Source of the DNA: an uncultured Methanosarcinaceae archaeon
GTDB taxonomy: Archaea; Halobacteriota; Methanosarcinia; Methanosarcinales; Methanosarcinaceae
Length of the DNA: 64,000 nucleotides
Assembly (NCBI GenBank): GCA_963847185.1
Contig: CAWJYV010000001.1
Location: forward strand, 32,001-96,000
Reading direction: 5' to 3'
Shown: positions 1 through 10,232 of the stretch, one piece after another
Layout: every line of letters begins with the position of its first letter
How positions within the stretch are numbered: the stretch's first letter is position 1
The notes under the pieces: model-generated
Databases searched by the model: none
Seen by the model: the letters and a program-made list of their open reading frames with translations, nothing else
Told to the model about the DNA's origin: nothing
Translations under genes and position numbers: made by a program

Positions 1-28
1 GAGATTAAACTTAAGGGGGGGAAATCAA

Positions 29-121
29 ATGTTTGCACACGATTTCTATGTGAATTTTGCTCTGATTAAAGCATACAAAGCAAAAGTTTATGCAGAGATT
101 ACTCAGGTAATTGTCGCATAA
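29..121 (+). CDS. 30-aa small peptide MFAHDFYVNFALIKAYKAKVYAEITQVIVA
   Basis: G-rich RBS-like tract upstream. The paralog at 205-297 keeps the same frame and length, with 7 synonymous and 4 non-synonymous codon differences. Confidence 0.7.
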   Translation: MFAHDFYVNFALIKAYKAKVYAEITQVIVA

Positions 122-204
122 ACTTAGATGAATAATAAGGAATCCACTCTCAAAGGATTTCCACTGTATTGTAGTGAGAACTATATTGAAAGGGGGAAAA
201 TCAA

Positions 205-297
205 ATGTTTGCATACGATTTTTTTGTTAATTTTGCTCTGATTAAAGCATGCAAGGCAAAAGTTTACGCAGAAATTACCCAGGTAATCGTCGGGTAA
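205..297 (+). CDS. 30-aa small peptide MFAYDFFVNFALIKACKAKVYAEITQVIVG (paralog of 29-121)
   Basis: AGGGGG upstream; 176-bp tandem duplication with mostly third-position changes. Confidence 0.7.
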   Translation: MFAYDFFVNFALIKACKAKVYAEITQVIVG

Positions 298-328
298 ATT
301 AAATAAAAATACAAAAAATTGAATTGAG

Positions 329-356
329 AGTTGCCTGTTTTACATGCAACTTTTTA
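329..356 (+). terminator. Hairpin plus T-tract (AGTTGCCTG-TTTTA-CATGCAACT-TTTT); terminator or operator
   Basis: Imperfect inverted repeat downstream of the 205-297 peptide; a second copy is at 582-608. Confidence 0.4.
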
Positions 357-478
357 GGTCTATAAAACAGTTTCAACGGTTACCTCTTAAAGATATAATA
401 GACAATATCCTGGATTCGTTTGTCTTTAATTGATGACCAATTAATCTATAGATTTAGAAAGAAATGGAGGGAAAAGTA

Positions 479-571
479 ATGATAGTCTTACCATCAATAA
501 ACATAAACATGGCATGGGTATTCGTAGTTCTTTCAAAGAATATCGGCATTTTCATAAATCAGGGTATCTAA
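479..571 (+). CDS. 30-aa hydrophobic peptide MIVLPSININMAWVFVVLSKNIGIFINQGI
   Basis: GGAGG RBS 8 nt upstream of the ATG; same length as the neighbouring peptides; followed by the same hairpin. Confidence 0.45.
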   Translation: MIVLPSININMAWVFVVLSKNIGIFINQGI

Positions 572-581
572 ATTTAATGAA

Positions 582-608
582 AGTTGCATGTTTTGCATGC
601 AACTTTTT
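582..608 (+). terminator. Hairpin plus T-tract (AGTTGCATG-TTTTG-CATGCAACT-TTTT)
   Basis: Perfect 9-bp arms right after the stop of 479-571; part of a ~120-bp direct repeat with 329-450. Confidence 0.45.
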
Positions 609-1034
609 AGGTCGTAGTAATCTCAATAGCCATATCTTCTAGTATAATGGACAAATTTCCTGGATTCATTCATCTAGAGTTGATGGCTATGAATTCTCTA
701 TTTACTTTAATGGCTTAGTTTTTTATTTTTCTCTACATTCACTAGATTTTTATTCAATTAGATACAATTTCAAGGCTATTCTTTTGCCTCTGGCGTATTT
801 CGAAATTGCATCAATATAATATTGTACTCGTTAAATATAATGTCTAAAGAAATACAAATAAGAAACTGACATTAAGATGCAGTTAGTTAATTTATTATTT
901 TCTTTGCCTATTTGCGGGTCGAAATTTCTCTATTTAATCCTACTACTTATATATGCACGTTTACAAAATTAATCTTTAATAGTAGATAACCAAAACGTAG
1001 GGTTGTCCCTCATTATATGGTTGATGTTTTCATG

Positions 1035-1164
1035 GAGCCTATCCCAAAACCAATTTCTGTTTCCATATCCATAGGAATTTCATACTATTTTCCTGATCTG
1101 TAGCTCAATTGATTATTTAAAAATCAAGATTCAAAGAGCAGTTTTTGAGTTTTGGGATGAGCTC
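1035..1164. mobile_element. MITE-like element (~130 bp)
   Basis: Terminal inverted repeats GAGCCTATCCCAAAAC / GTTTTGGGATGAGCTC resembling the IS5-family ends in this window; no ORF. Confidence 0.6.
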
Positions 1165-1281
1165 ATATAGCAGCGAAGATCGAGCCAAATAGATAGGTTC
1201 GCACCTACAAAACTAATCAAAAACCGGGCTCAGAAATAATAATAATAAGAATAAAAGGAAAAGCTTGAGCAAGTACAATAA

Positions 1282-1408
1282 TATATACCATAAAATGTTT
1301 CAAAAACAGGTATGTTATTTCGGAGTTTTCGTTGCCCAATGACAGGTATATACCATAAAACATTATTAGGCGTCAGAATTCGCGTACAGGTATATATCAT
1401 AAAATGTT
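1282..1408. repeat. Three iteron-like direct repeats TATATAYCATAAAAYRTT
   Basis: Copies at about 1282, 1347 and 1391, directly downstream of the wHTH gene stop. Confidence 0.7.
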
Positions 1409-1412
1409 GGAG

Positions 1413-2036
1413 TTAAGCAGACTCAGCTTCACTACTAAGTTGCCTTATACGATTTTCCATGCGTAATATATGTGTTTCCTTATCGAGCCCATGCTCTTCA
1501 TCAAACGCTTTACCCATTTGCGTCATTGAATAATACGGCAGTAGTTGTGAAGGTAGTAGATCAAAGTCTTCCAGTGTCCGTAGTTTGCGCTGTGGGTATT
1601 TCCCGTAGGCTTCCATTCGCTGAACTTTACCAACCCGTTTCAGACTAACTCCCCGCCTAATTCGGTGTAAATAGGCTACATATGCTTCTATACCCTTCTT
1701 TGTGATCTTATACCTGTAAAGTCCATTAGGTCCTTTCGCCTCTAATCGCTGTATATAAGGCAGTTTTATTATCTTACCACTTCTTTTGTGAACCTTCTGA
1801 TACCGTGACATTGCACTCGAAATTGTGGTACGTTGAACACCTGTTATTTTTTCAATGTCGCGTGTAGTCAGTGGTTCTTTAGATTTAAATAAAGCTTCTA
1901 GGATACGGAACTTCAAAAAATTGTTCTTATGAGCATATCCCAATGCAGCTATGTTATCACCTGAAAGTTTTATGCATAAACCAATATCTAGAGCCTCGAT
2001 AATAAAGGTTTGTTCTTTTCCGCTATTGGCGGGCAC
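1413..2036 (-). CDS. Winged-helix DNA-binding protein (paralog of 31084-31710); true start may be near LGYAHK
   Basis: KFRILEAL...LTTRDIEKITG..TISSAMSRY...YKITKKG wHTH pattern; clear paralog in the window. Confidence 0.75.
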   Translation of the reverse strand: MPANSGKEQTFIIEALDIGLCIKLSGDNIAALGYAHKNNFLKFRILEALFKSKEPLTTRDIEKITGVQRTTISSAMSRYQKVHKRSGKIIKLPYIQRLEAKGPNGLYRYKITKKGIEAYVAYLHRIRRGVSLKRVGKVQRMEAYGKYPQRKLRTLEDFDLLPSQLLPYYSMTQMGKAFDEEHGLDKETHILRMENRIRQLSSEAESA

Positions 2037-2709
2037 AATATGTATTAATAGGGTTACTCAGACAAGTCTTTCAGGATATGTTTAGTACTGTGCCGAATTC
2101 AGCTATCCCGTACCCGTTTTACGGACCTCCAATAATTAAGGAGATATAAGTGCCTTGGAAGGGGCTAAACGCTTGGCTGCGAGGCTTAGCGTGGGTTGTG
2201 GCAATAAGTATGTAGAATAAAGATCCGATAGGATAAAAACGAGATTGGAGTGGTTGCCTTCACGCTACTATTTTACAAAATAAACCATGGGATACCTTAT
2301 TTTATAGACATAATTGTTTGCATGTCTGAGTTCCATTTATAGTACAAATGTGGCTAAAAATATGAAGCAATTATTTAACAACGTTTCTAGGGGAAATCTT
2401 CTTTTAAGGGTAAGAAGTCCAAAGGTAATCATATTCACCCGACTCAAGAAAAATCCTGGCTAAGAGGAATACAGAGCCAATATTCGAGGTCATTTTGGTG
2501 GGTGTAGGTCTGCCTATGTAGACGTTGTCAGTTTGTAAAGTCTAGACCTTAGTTTCCTGTCCAGTGATATTATCCTGTAAAAAGATTGTCCTATAACTTA
2601 TCCCGTTCTACTTATTTTTTCATTCCAATAACTTAGCCTGTTTTACTTATTTTTTTCTATGTCACTTAAACTTCTATTTGGATAATTTAGATCTAGAGAA
2701 AAACACTGA

Positions 2710-3440
2710 AGTAGTAAAGTTTGGATATTGAAAGAGTCCTGAAAGAGTAATACAACTTTTTTTAAATATATGTGTATATTTCGAGTTTTTAAATTGAGTT
2801 TAATTAGAAAATAAGGTATATTAATTCCATAAATGCCTCACTTGTACTATTAAGGTCTTTTTTTTGCATAAAAGCTTGAATTATGGACTAAAACTCCTTA
2901 TTTTGCTGAGGGATTTCTTGATTTAAATCTAATAATAAATATAAAAGTATGTATATTATTTAAAGCCCTGTTAGTCTAATTTTTAAAAGCCTATTAATAT
3001 TAAGTAAAAGTAATTCTATCCATTTTATATAATTATGAATTATATATTAGGTTGTACTTTCTGGCAGCTAAGATCAAATGTGTCCTCTCCAACAAAAGTA
3101 AGTAACCAGAAAAGTTTCTAAATGCGATTGCCAAGAGTAACTATAGATCTGAGGAGTAGATAAATAATTTTTATTAGAGGATTATATGTTCAGTGTATAC
3201 TATGGATAATTATACACTCCATATCCATCATACTCTAATCTTAAAGCTTTGTCTTCTCCTAGATATAAAACAAGTAGAAAGTACAAGTGCAAAAAGAATA
3301 CAATAAACTAAAAATATAAAAATTTAAAAATAAAATAAAAATATAAAAACTAAAAATATAAAAATTTGATACATAAAAATATACTAAACATGGGGGTAAA
3401 ATAAATGTTCGGATTTGGTGGATTTGGTGGATTTGGTAGA
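2710..3440 (+). repeat. Left arm of a ~700-bp diverged inverted duplication (partner about 6005-6660)
   Basis: Shared blocks in opposite orientation, e.g. CATACTCTAATCTTAAAG, TTGAATTATGGACTAAA, TACTAAACATGGGGGTAAAATAAATGTTCGGATTTGGTGG. Confidence 0.8.
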
Positions 3441-3665
3441 GGACGTGGGTTTGATCGTGGATTTGGCTTTGGCGGCTGCGGTGGATGTGGCGGAGGCTGC
3501 GGTGGCTTTGACGGTGGCTGTGGCGGAGGCTGTGGACCAAGGGGAGCTTGCGTAACAACCGTAATTCGTAGAGTCTGCGCCATAGGTGGCAGGGGCGGCT
3601 GTGGCAGGGATGGGTTCGACGGGACTTCGACGGCGGCTTCGACGGGTTGTTTTAATAACCACTGA
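3405..3665 (+). CDS. Gly/Cys/Phe-rich low-complexity peptide (86 aa)
   Basis: GGGGGT RBS; FGG and GGC repeats; a paralog with the same N-terminus is at 5936-6037. Confidence 0.75.
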   Translation: MFGFGGFGGFGRGRGFDRGFGFGGCGGCGGGCGGFDGGCGGGCGPRGACVTTVIRRVCAIGGRGGCGRDGFDGTSTAASTGCFNNH

Positions 3666-4386
3666 ACCTGAAATAAATTAAGGATGAAATAATAAATTGT
3701 AGTCATCTTTTCAAGACACGAGGGGCCATGTTACCCAAAATTATCTTGTTTTGAATTGGTGACTCTCCTTCTCATTTCTTATGAGTTTGTAACTACACCT
3801 TTTGTGTTTTATGATTACTCATTGATTCCAAAATAAAGACATATTTAGGATCTTTTTTATATTCAGTTCGTAAGAATTTTAGAAATAATTAAATGCCATG
3901 GAAGACGCAAACACAGTATTCTCACTGGGTTTATGGCAAATAGGGGAAGAGGAATAAAACTCCTGGACTGACCCAACTACTAGCTAAGAGGATAACAGAG
4001 CGTTTTTCGGGCTTGATTTTGGAGTAGTAAAGCCCTAGATAAAGTAATAGAGAAGATAAGTGGTTGCTTCTTTTTTAAATTTACACTGTTTTTAGTAGAA
4101 CAGCACCAGCGCAGCTTTGATTCAGGTTTTTAAAAAGAGGGGGCTTATTTCTTCTATCCTATCGGGTAGTATGTATAGCTTCTTTAAAAGAAGTCCTCTA
4201 AATGAAGTATTAGCTTTCATGTATTTTTCACCAATATTAATATAAATGCACAAATGCGTTTTACAATTCTATAATGTACATATTATTGTTCCTGCTTTTT
4301 CTTATATAGGTTTATTTATATTTTTGAGATATGATATAAACAAAGCTTAATAAGATAATATGAAAGCAGAAGATAAAAGGGGTAAT

Positions 4387-4620
4387 ATGGTCTGTCCTGT
4401 ATGTGTGGTTGGAGGAATTGGATTTGTTCTCAGTACGATTTTTGGGTTTCCTGATGTTGTTGTGGCTTTTGTGAACGGAATGCTGGCGACTTCAATGGCA
4501 TACTGGACAAATCATGTAATAGCAAAAAGATGGAAGAAAAGAAGAGGTCAACTTGTAGCAATAAATATTCTGCTAGGGATTGTGTGCTTGTATTCTCTCA
4601 AATGGATTGGATTGTGGTAA
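4387..4620 (+). CDS. Small membrane protein with N-terminal MVCPVC motif
   Basis: AGGGGT RBS before ATG 4387; two to three hydrophobic segments; CxxC at the N-terminus. Confidence 0.7.
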   Translation: MVCPVCVVGGIGFVLSTIFGFPDVVVAFVNGMLATSMAYWTNHVIAKRWKKRRGQLVAINILLGIVCLYSLKWIGLW

Positions 4621-4702
4621 AGTAGAGGGTATTTTCCGCCAAACCCAGAATTGAAACTTTAATATTTAGGCTGTCTCAAAACTACCCTGAATTATACATT
4701 TA

Positions 4703-5590
4703 GAGCGTGTCTGAATATTATATTTTTCTCATTCGCTTAACGTTTTGATACGACTCAGTCGTCTAATCATTATGTGTATCATCGCAGCATATACCAACGC
4801 TTGACTTGATTCTGTCAAACCTTCGTAATCTTTACTCAAACGTCGATATCGACCCAGCCATGCAAATGTCCTCTCTACAATCCATCTGTGAGGAAGTACT
4901 TTAAAGCCTTTGACATCTTCACTACGCTTAACTATTTCCATCACCCATCCACACATTACATTGACCCAATCAACCAGTTTACCCGAGTAACCAGCATCAG
5001 CCCAAATAAGCTGCAATCGAGAAAATCTTCCCGTAACTTGTTCCAGAACAATTTTAGCCCCATCTCGATCCTGAATATTTGCTGCATGAACTACAACTAT
5101 TAACAGTAGCCCTATTGTATCCACCAGAATATGGCGTTTTCTCCCTTTTACTTTCTTGCCAGCATCATAACCGCGTATTCCGGGTGTTTCTGTGGTTTTA
5201 ACTGACTGGCTATCTAAAATCGCTGCACTCGGCTCTGGTTCTCTGCCATACGCAACTCTCAATTCCGTTCTCAATGCAGCATTGATATGTTCCCAAATTC
5301 CTTTAATCCGCCAAAGGCGGAAATAATGGTAAACAGTTTTCCATGGTGGAAATTCGTGGGGTAACATTCGCCATGCACAACCAGAACGTAACAAATAAAA
5401 TATGGCATTCAATATTTCTCGATAGGAATGAATGCGCTTTCTACCTCGATTCGTTCTGGGATTCTGGAAATAAAGCTTAATTAATTCCCATTCTTTATCG
5501 GTTAAATCACTAGGATAAGAAAGGCTTCTAGATCGTTTTGGCATTGGCGAACAATCAGGTTATAGGAATATTTAATTTTAAGACAGGCTC
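4703..5590 (-). mobile_element. IS5-family (IS1031-like) insertion sequence
   Basis: Inverted repeats GAGCGTGTCTGAATATTA / TAATTTTAAGACAGGCTC (15/18 match); TTA on both flanks as target duplication. Confidence 0.88.
4729..5544 (-). CDS. IS5-family DDE transposase
   Basis: YPSDLTD..W, W(R)MLP..FPPWKTVY, ILDSQSVK, WADAGY and RWIVERTFAWL motifs. Confidence 0.95.
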   Translation of the reverse strand: MPKRSRSLSYPSDLTDKEWELIKLYFQNPRTNRGRKRIHSYREILNAIFYLLRSGCAWRMLPHEFPPWKTVYHYFRLWRIKGIWEHINAALRTELRVAYGREPEPSAAILDSQSVKTTETPGIRGYDAGKKVKGRKRHILVDTIGLLLIVVVHAANIQDRDGAKIVLEQVTGRFSRLQLIWADAGYSGKLVDWVNVMCGWVMEIVKRSEDVKGFKVLPHRWIVERTFAWLGRYRRLSKDYEGLTESSQALVYAAMIHIMIRRLSRIKTLSE

Positions 5591-5935
5591 TTAGATAAAA
5601 AGATCTAAATTTTCATTTTCTTTAGGAATTACGCACTTGAAGTACAAAATCAACCGTATAAGTCCTCTAGTAAAAGTAGGTTAGACTCATTCGTCAGCCT
5701 TTCTAGCTAATTCCTGTCAATATCAGGAAAGACTCTACAAAACAGATTAGACTTTAATATGCTTAAGTTCTCCTGTTTATGTAGTCCATCGAAAGGCTGT
5801 ACGAATGTGTCTTTATGGATTTCATTTTTTTGAGTGTCTAAGACAGTTTATTTTTATCCTTTCACTATTTAGCAAGCTAATAATAGCTAAACAGCTTTTA
5901 TCCATGAAGCAATTATTCAACGGGCAGCGATTGGT

Positions 5936-6037
5936 TTAGCATCCTCCACAGCCGTCGCAGCCGCCAAAGCCGCCGCAGCCGCCAAATCCACAGCCGCCGA
6001 ATCTACCGAATCCACCAAATCCACCAAATCCGAACAT
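5936..6037 (-). CDS. 33-aa Gly/Cys-rich peptide MFGFGGFGGFGRFGGCGFGGCGGFGGCDGCGGC
   Basis: Same RBS and start context and same first 12 aa as 3405-3665; below the ORF-track size cutoff. Confidence 0.7.
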   Translation of the reverse strand: MFGFGGFGGFGRFGGCGFGGCGGFGGCDGCGGC

Positions 6038-6936
6038 TTATTTTACCCCCATGTTTAGTATATTATTTTAGATTTTTTATTGTGCTTTTTCTTATTCTTA
6101 TTTTCTCTTATTTTCTACTCTTTTTTCTACTCTTTTTGCGTAAGGAGAAGACAAAACTTTAAGATTAGAGTATGAAGTGGGCATACGGCCCTCTAATCAA
6201 ATTTTTTATCTATTCCTCAAATATATAATTACTTCTGGAAATCGTATTTGGAAAATATTCTATCACTTCCTTCCGTCTGGAGAGAACAGATTCAAGTTTA
6301 ACTGCCAGAAGTACAAGTTAATATATAATTCTCGAATATATAAAAATAATAGAATATTTTTTACTTAATATTAATAGTCTTTTAAAAACTGAGCACATCT
6401 GACGTTAAAAAAGCGAAGTTACTTTTATACTAATTGGCAGATTTAAATCCTTTAAGATATCCGCTAAAATGAGAAGTTTAGTCCATAATTCAAACTTTTA
6501 CACAAAAAAAAGACCTCAACAATATAAATAAGGCTTTTACGAGACGAATAAATCCCTTTTTCGAATTAAAGCCAATTTAAGGGGTTAAAATACACATATT
6601 TAGTAAAATAAGTTGTATTACTTCTTCATCACTCTTTCGAGATCTGAACTCCATGACTTTATCATAAAGGAAGTAAAGATTACGGGTTTAAAGTATTCAT
6701 TTTACTCGTTTTAATTGCGTCGTCGAGCCGCTCGGGATATATTTTTGTCTATTTGACTATAAGCGATAGCTTTGGACATTGTACATAGCTTCTCAGCTAG
6801 AGTACGGACCAAGATTATCATATAAAAATAAACATTTTAAAAAGATTTATAATGTATAAATAACTTTAAAGAGTAAATATAAAAGCATTTTTAAGCTGAT
6901 AAACTATCCATAAAAATAGAAATATCGAGGGTTATC

Positions 6937-7335
6937 ATGAAAGACTTAGAAGTGAAAATGTTGGACGAAGAAGACCATATTTTTATTGAAACGTTAAGGA
7001 ATCTAGGAATGTCAAGAAATGTCGCTACAACCATGGCATATCTTATGAATGTAGACGAATCTTCAGCCCGGGAAATTGAAATAAGTACTGGATTAAGGCA
7101 ACCCGAAGTAAGTCTTGCAATAAAACTAATGCACAACCAATCCTGGATCAGTGTGCGCTCGGAAAAAAATCATGGAAAAGGACGGCCGACAAAGATTTAT
7201 TCTCTTGCAGCTCCGGTTGACGAGGTCATAAGTTATTACGAAGACAAGATTTACAAAGAATCTCAGGCAACCGTCTCGGTGATCAAGAAGCTTAAAATGA
7301 TGAGTAAAAGTATGCTTTCTACTCCTTCAAAGTGA
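6937..7335 (+). CDS. wHTH transcriptional regulator (archaeal ArsR/MarR-like)
   Basis: SAREIEISTGLRQPEVSLA...GKGRPTKIYSL wHTH motif; GAGG RBS. Confidence 0.85.
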   Translation: MKDLEVKMLDEEDHIFIETLRNLGMSRNVATTMAYLMNVDESSAREIEISTGLRQPEVSLAIKLMHNQSWISVRSEKNHGKGRPTKIYSLAAPVDEVISYYEDKIYKESQATVSVIKKLKMMSKSMLSTPSK

Positions 7336-7562
7336 AGGATTTCAAATGGGGTTAGCTCCATAATGGCTGACAATCCTTTTTGGGGATTCACTATTATGGA
7401 AAATTAAATTTCTCCGGAATTCTCATTTAACTTTTCTATCTGCTCATCCTTAATGTGGAGCCTTTTGGGATATATCTTGGTCTATTTGGCTACAAGCGAT
7501 AACTGTGGCCTTTGTAAGTGGCTTTTAGATATATGTGTGTCTTCAGGATAGATATGCTGCAA

Positions 7563-7760
7563 TATATCCCAGAAACCTCTCCGATAACTCAGATCTGAGT
7601 CATCGGTAAACATAGTCGGAAGGCTTTAAAGAAATGCTGACATAGAGTATTCATTTTACTCGTTTCAATTGCTTTGTGGAATCTTCAGGGATATATTGGT
7701 CCATCTGGATACGAGCGGTATCCTTGGCCATTGTACGTGGCTTCTAGGCGTATGTGCGTG
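7563..7760 (+). repeat. ~190-bp dispersed repeat with 26-bp palindrome core (7581-7606); partial copies at about 6691-6793, 7455-7528 and 7788-7832
   Basis: ATCCCAGAAACCTCTCCGATAACTCAGATCTGAG...TGTACGTGGCTTCTAGG is shared with copies at 45, 49, 53 and 57 kb. Confidence 0.85.
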
Positions 7761-8094
7761 GAGGCTTCGCAAGATACTCGACAGTGCCAGCCTTCCATAT
7801 ATCCCAGAAACCTCTCCGATAACTCAGATCTGGAACCCCAAAGAGAACCTGATCGACTACAGGTCTTAGCACAGGAACACTTGGAAATCTAAAGTATATC
7901 GGGAAAAAAGATAAGGCGAAGAGGCTGAAAAATTGGGGTTGACACGGACAGAGTACAGTGATTATTGGTTGGACTAGAGAAGGAGAAGAAACAGAAAGTA
8001 ATAAATACAAAATGTAAAGCCACCATTGAAGCAAAGAAGAGGGGAGCTATAATTTGACATTTCTAGTTATGAGGTAAAACGTTGCTAGTTACAC

Positions 8095-8718
8095 CTATTT
8101 TGAAGTTGCATCATCTAAAATTTTAGAGATCAATATATTCATAACCTGTTTAACGGCTTCATCGTCATCGATGTCTTTGATTTCTGAAAAAAGTAAATCA
8201 CCCATAATTTGATTAATAGTATCTTCTGTTATTCCGTGAGCGGTCATCCATTTTCGTTGAACTAACTCCAATTCACGATCCATTTCTTCAAAATAAACGC
8301 TCAGCTGACTAAGTTCTGCTATCATTTCTTCTTGACCACGTGTATGACTGAATTTCATAGCACGTTTCCAAAAATAATGGTGTGCCAAAAAATTTCTTTT
8401 TTCCAACGCATCTGCAAGTTTCTTTTCAAAGCTTTCTGGTAAATCCACTGACTTCTTAATCTGTTTTATCAGTTGACCGAGCGTTTTCTTAAAATTGGCT
8501 TCGAGAATAGAGTAGAACTGAGGTCGAGTAGTATGATTTGCTTCAGAATTATACACTGTAGCACTAAGCATTGATAAAGTTCTTTCTAAGCATTGAATGT
8601 GGTACATGGTAAGTCCAAAAAAAGCGTATACCTCTCTGATACGATAAGATTCAGAATTAATTGTAACATTGTCGCTATCATAAACTCCATAATCCATATT
8701 ATCTACCACGCATCTCAA
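8095..8718 (-). CDS. Hypothetical protein with HEPN-like R-x4-H motif (RNFLAH)
   Basis: Helical-looking sequence, TLGQLI...RNFLAHH pattern. Confidence 0.6.
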   Translation of the reverse strand: MRCVVDNMDYGVYDSDNVTINSESYRIREVYAFFGLTMYHIQCLERTLSMLSATVYNSEANHTTRPQFYSILEANFKKTLGQLIKQIKKSVDLPESFEKKLADALEKRNFLAHHYFWKRAMKFSHTRGQEEMIAELSQLSVYFEEMDRELELVQRKWMTAHGITEDTINQIMGDLLFSEIKDIDDDEAVKQVMNILISKILDDATSK

Positions 8719-9695
8719 TTTAAAACAGCTAACTCAAAATCTTTTCTATTTTACCTTTATGAAATTGTTGTCTCAGCTGTTCTAAAAATCGATTATAGCC
8801 ACAAGGCCAAATAATGCAACTGCTATATGAGAACAAAGTGGTTTCTATTGCACAATTACAGGCGTGACTATATCTAATAGTAGCCGTATTAATTTGAAAG
8901 ACAACAATTTATATTAATTTTCTATTTTGGGCAGTCCATCATTTATTGATTGATATTATTCCAAATAATCGAAATACAGTTTCCAGCTCATTTTTTCCAA
9001 CATTTTGGCGTTGCTGGGATCAGCTCTCTGTACAGTATATAAATGCAAGCAAAGGCCGTGTTGGAGAGAATATGATGAAAACATCGACCAAGTATTAGTG
9101 GACGACCTGTGAGCTTAATTTATCCAAAAACAGCAATATGTAATATGGAACAGCACTATCATTTTAACAAAAAACGCATCATTACCCTTTATATACGAGC
9201 TGAAAGAAATAATAAATTGTCTTTCTGGATTGTTGACTGCCATAAAATTACCAAACATTTGAAACCATTGTCCGCGTATTGTTGTCTTATGCGGACACAT
9301 ATTATAACGCTTTGCGAGAAGAGAACACCTCAAAAGATGAACCATAACTTCTCGTAAAGCTTTCTTCAAGGCTGTCCTTAATTTCCATTGGGCAGCCAAT
9401 TCTGTTTTTATAAAAATACGTTCCTTCTCTCTTTAATGATCGGGATAATTAGAATTAAGCCTTTCATTGCCAAAGGCAAATATCAGGGAGATTAGAATAC
9501 GATAGCTAGCGCCATTTAGCGTTGCTTCTGGCACCGTCTACGAGATAAAGTTGGGAAAAAGAGCAAAAAAATTATTCGTCCTTCTTCATGCAAAACAACT
9601 ACAGTCTTCAATAATTTTATTTATTATAAATACAGTTTTCCTACATTCTAACTCAGAGATAAAAAGCTTGAAGTGAAAAGGAGATCTATTAACTA

Positions 9696-9836
9696 ATGAA
9701 AAAATTTGAGTACAAATGTGTCCCTATTCTGAAAATGGGAAAAGGTACCACAAGGGAACTTAATGAATATGGTGCAGAGGGATGGGAACTTGTCTGCGTA
9801 TGGGCTTTCTGGCATTATTTGAAAAGAGAACCTTGA
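9696..9836 (+). CDS. DUF4177-like small protein (46 aa)
   Basis: AGGAG RBS; MKKFEYK...LNEYGAEGWELV...YLKRE pattern. Confidence 0.7.
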   Translation: MKKFEYKCVPILKMGKGTTRELNEYGAEGWELVCVWAFWHYLKREP

Positions 9837-9839
9837 GAA

Positions 9840-10232
9840 AATCTTCCAATAGCTTTTTCACTTCCTCTCGTATTAGTGGAAGCATTACAGATTTTTCCAT
9901 AACTCCACCACCTAAAATAATGCGTTCTGGCGATAATATGCAGATATAGTTAGTTAATGCAAGTGCTATATAATGTGCTTCCAATTCCCAAGCTGGATGG
10001 TTGTCAGGCAATTCCTCTGCAGTTTTTCCCTATCTTTTAGAAATAGCTAGTCCGGAGGCTAAGCCCTTCAAAACAATCATTGTGATATCGGCACAAACCT
10101 TCAAAATGGTCTTATCCCCGATCGTGCAGAATTATAGATATGTCCCATCTCAGGATGAACTAATCCATGCGTTAGTTTACCATTTATCATACCGCCACCA
10201 CCAATTCCTGTGCCAATAGTCAAGTAAATAAA
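9840..10232 (-). pseudogene. Fragment of ROK-family sugar kinase (fructokinase-like)
   Basis: [17 protein letters not shown], CxxHxxCFEG and SPERIILGGGVM motifs spread over frameshifts and a stop; 5' end lost at the IS1 remnant. Confidence 0.8.

Noticed and set aside
11-214. Minus-strand Cys-rich 67-aa ORF
   Set aside because: Substitutions between the tandem copies are mostly synonymous in the + frame, which also has the RBS.
3259-3706. Minus-strand Pro-, His- and Thr-rich ORFs
   Set aside because: These are antisense shadows of the Gly/Cys-rich gene. The RBS, start and paralog support the + strand.
9000-9400. ORFs 9109-9357 and 9115-9399
   Set aside because: No recognisable motif or RBS; probably decayed sequence.
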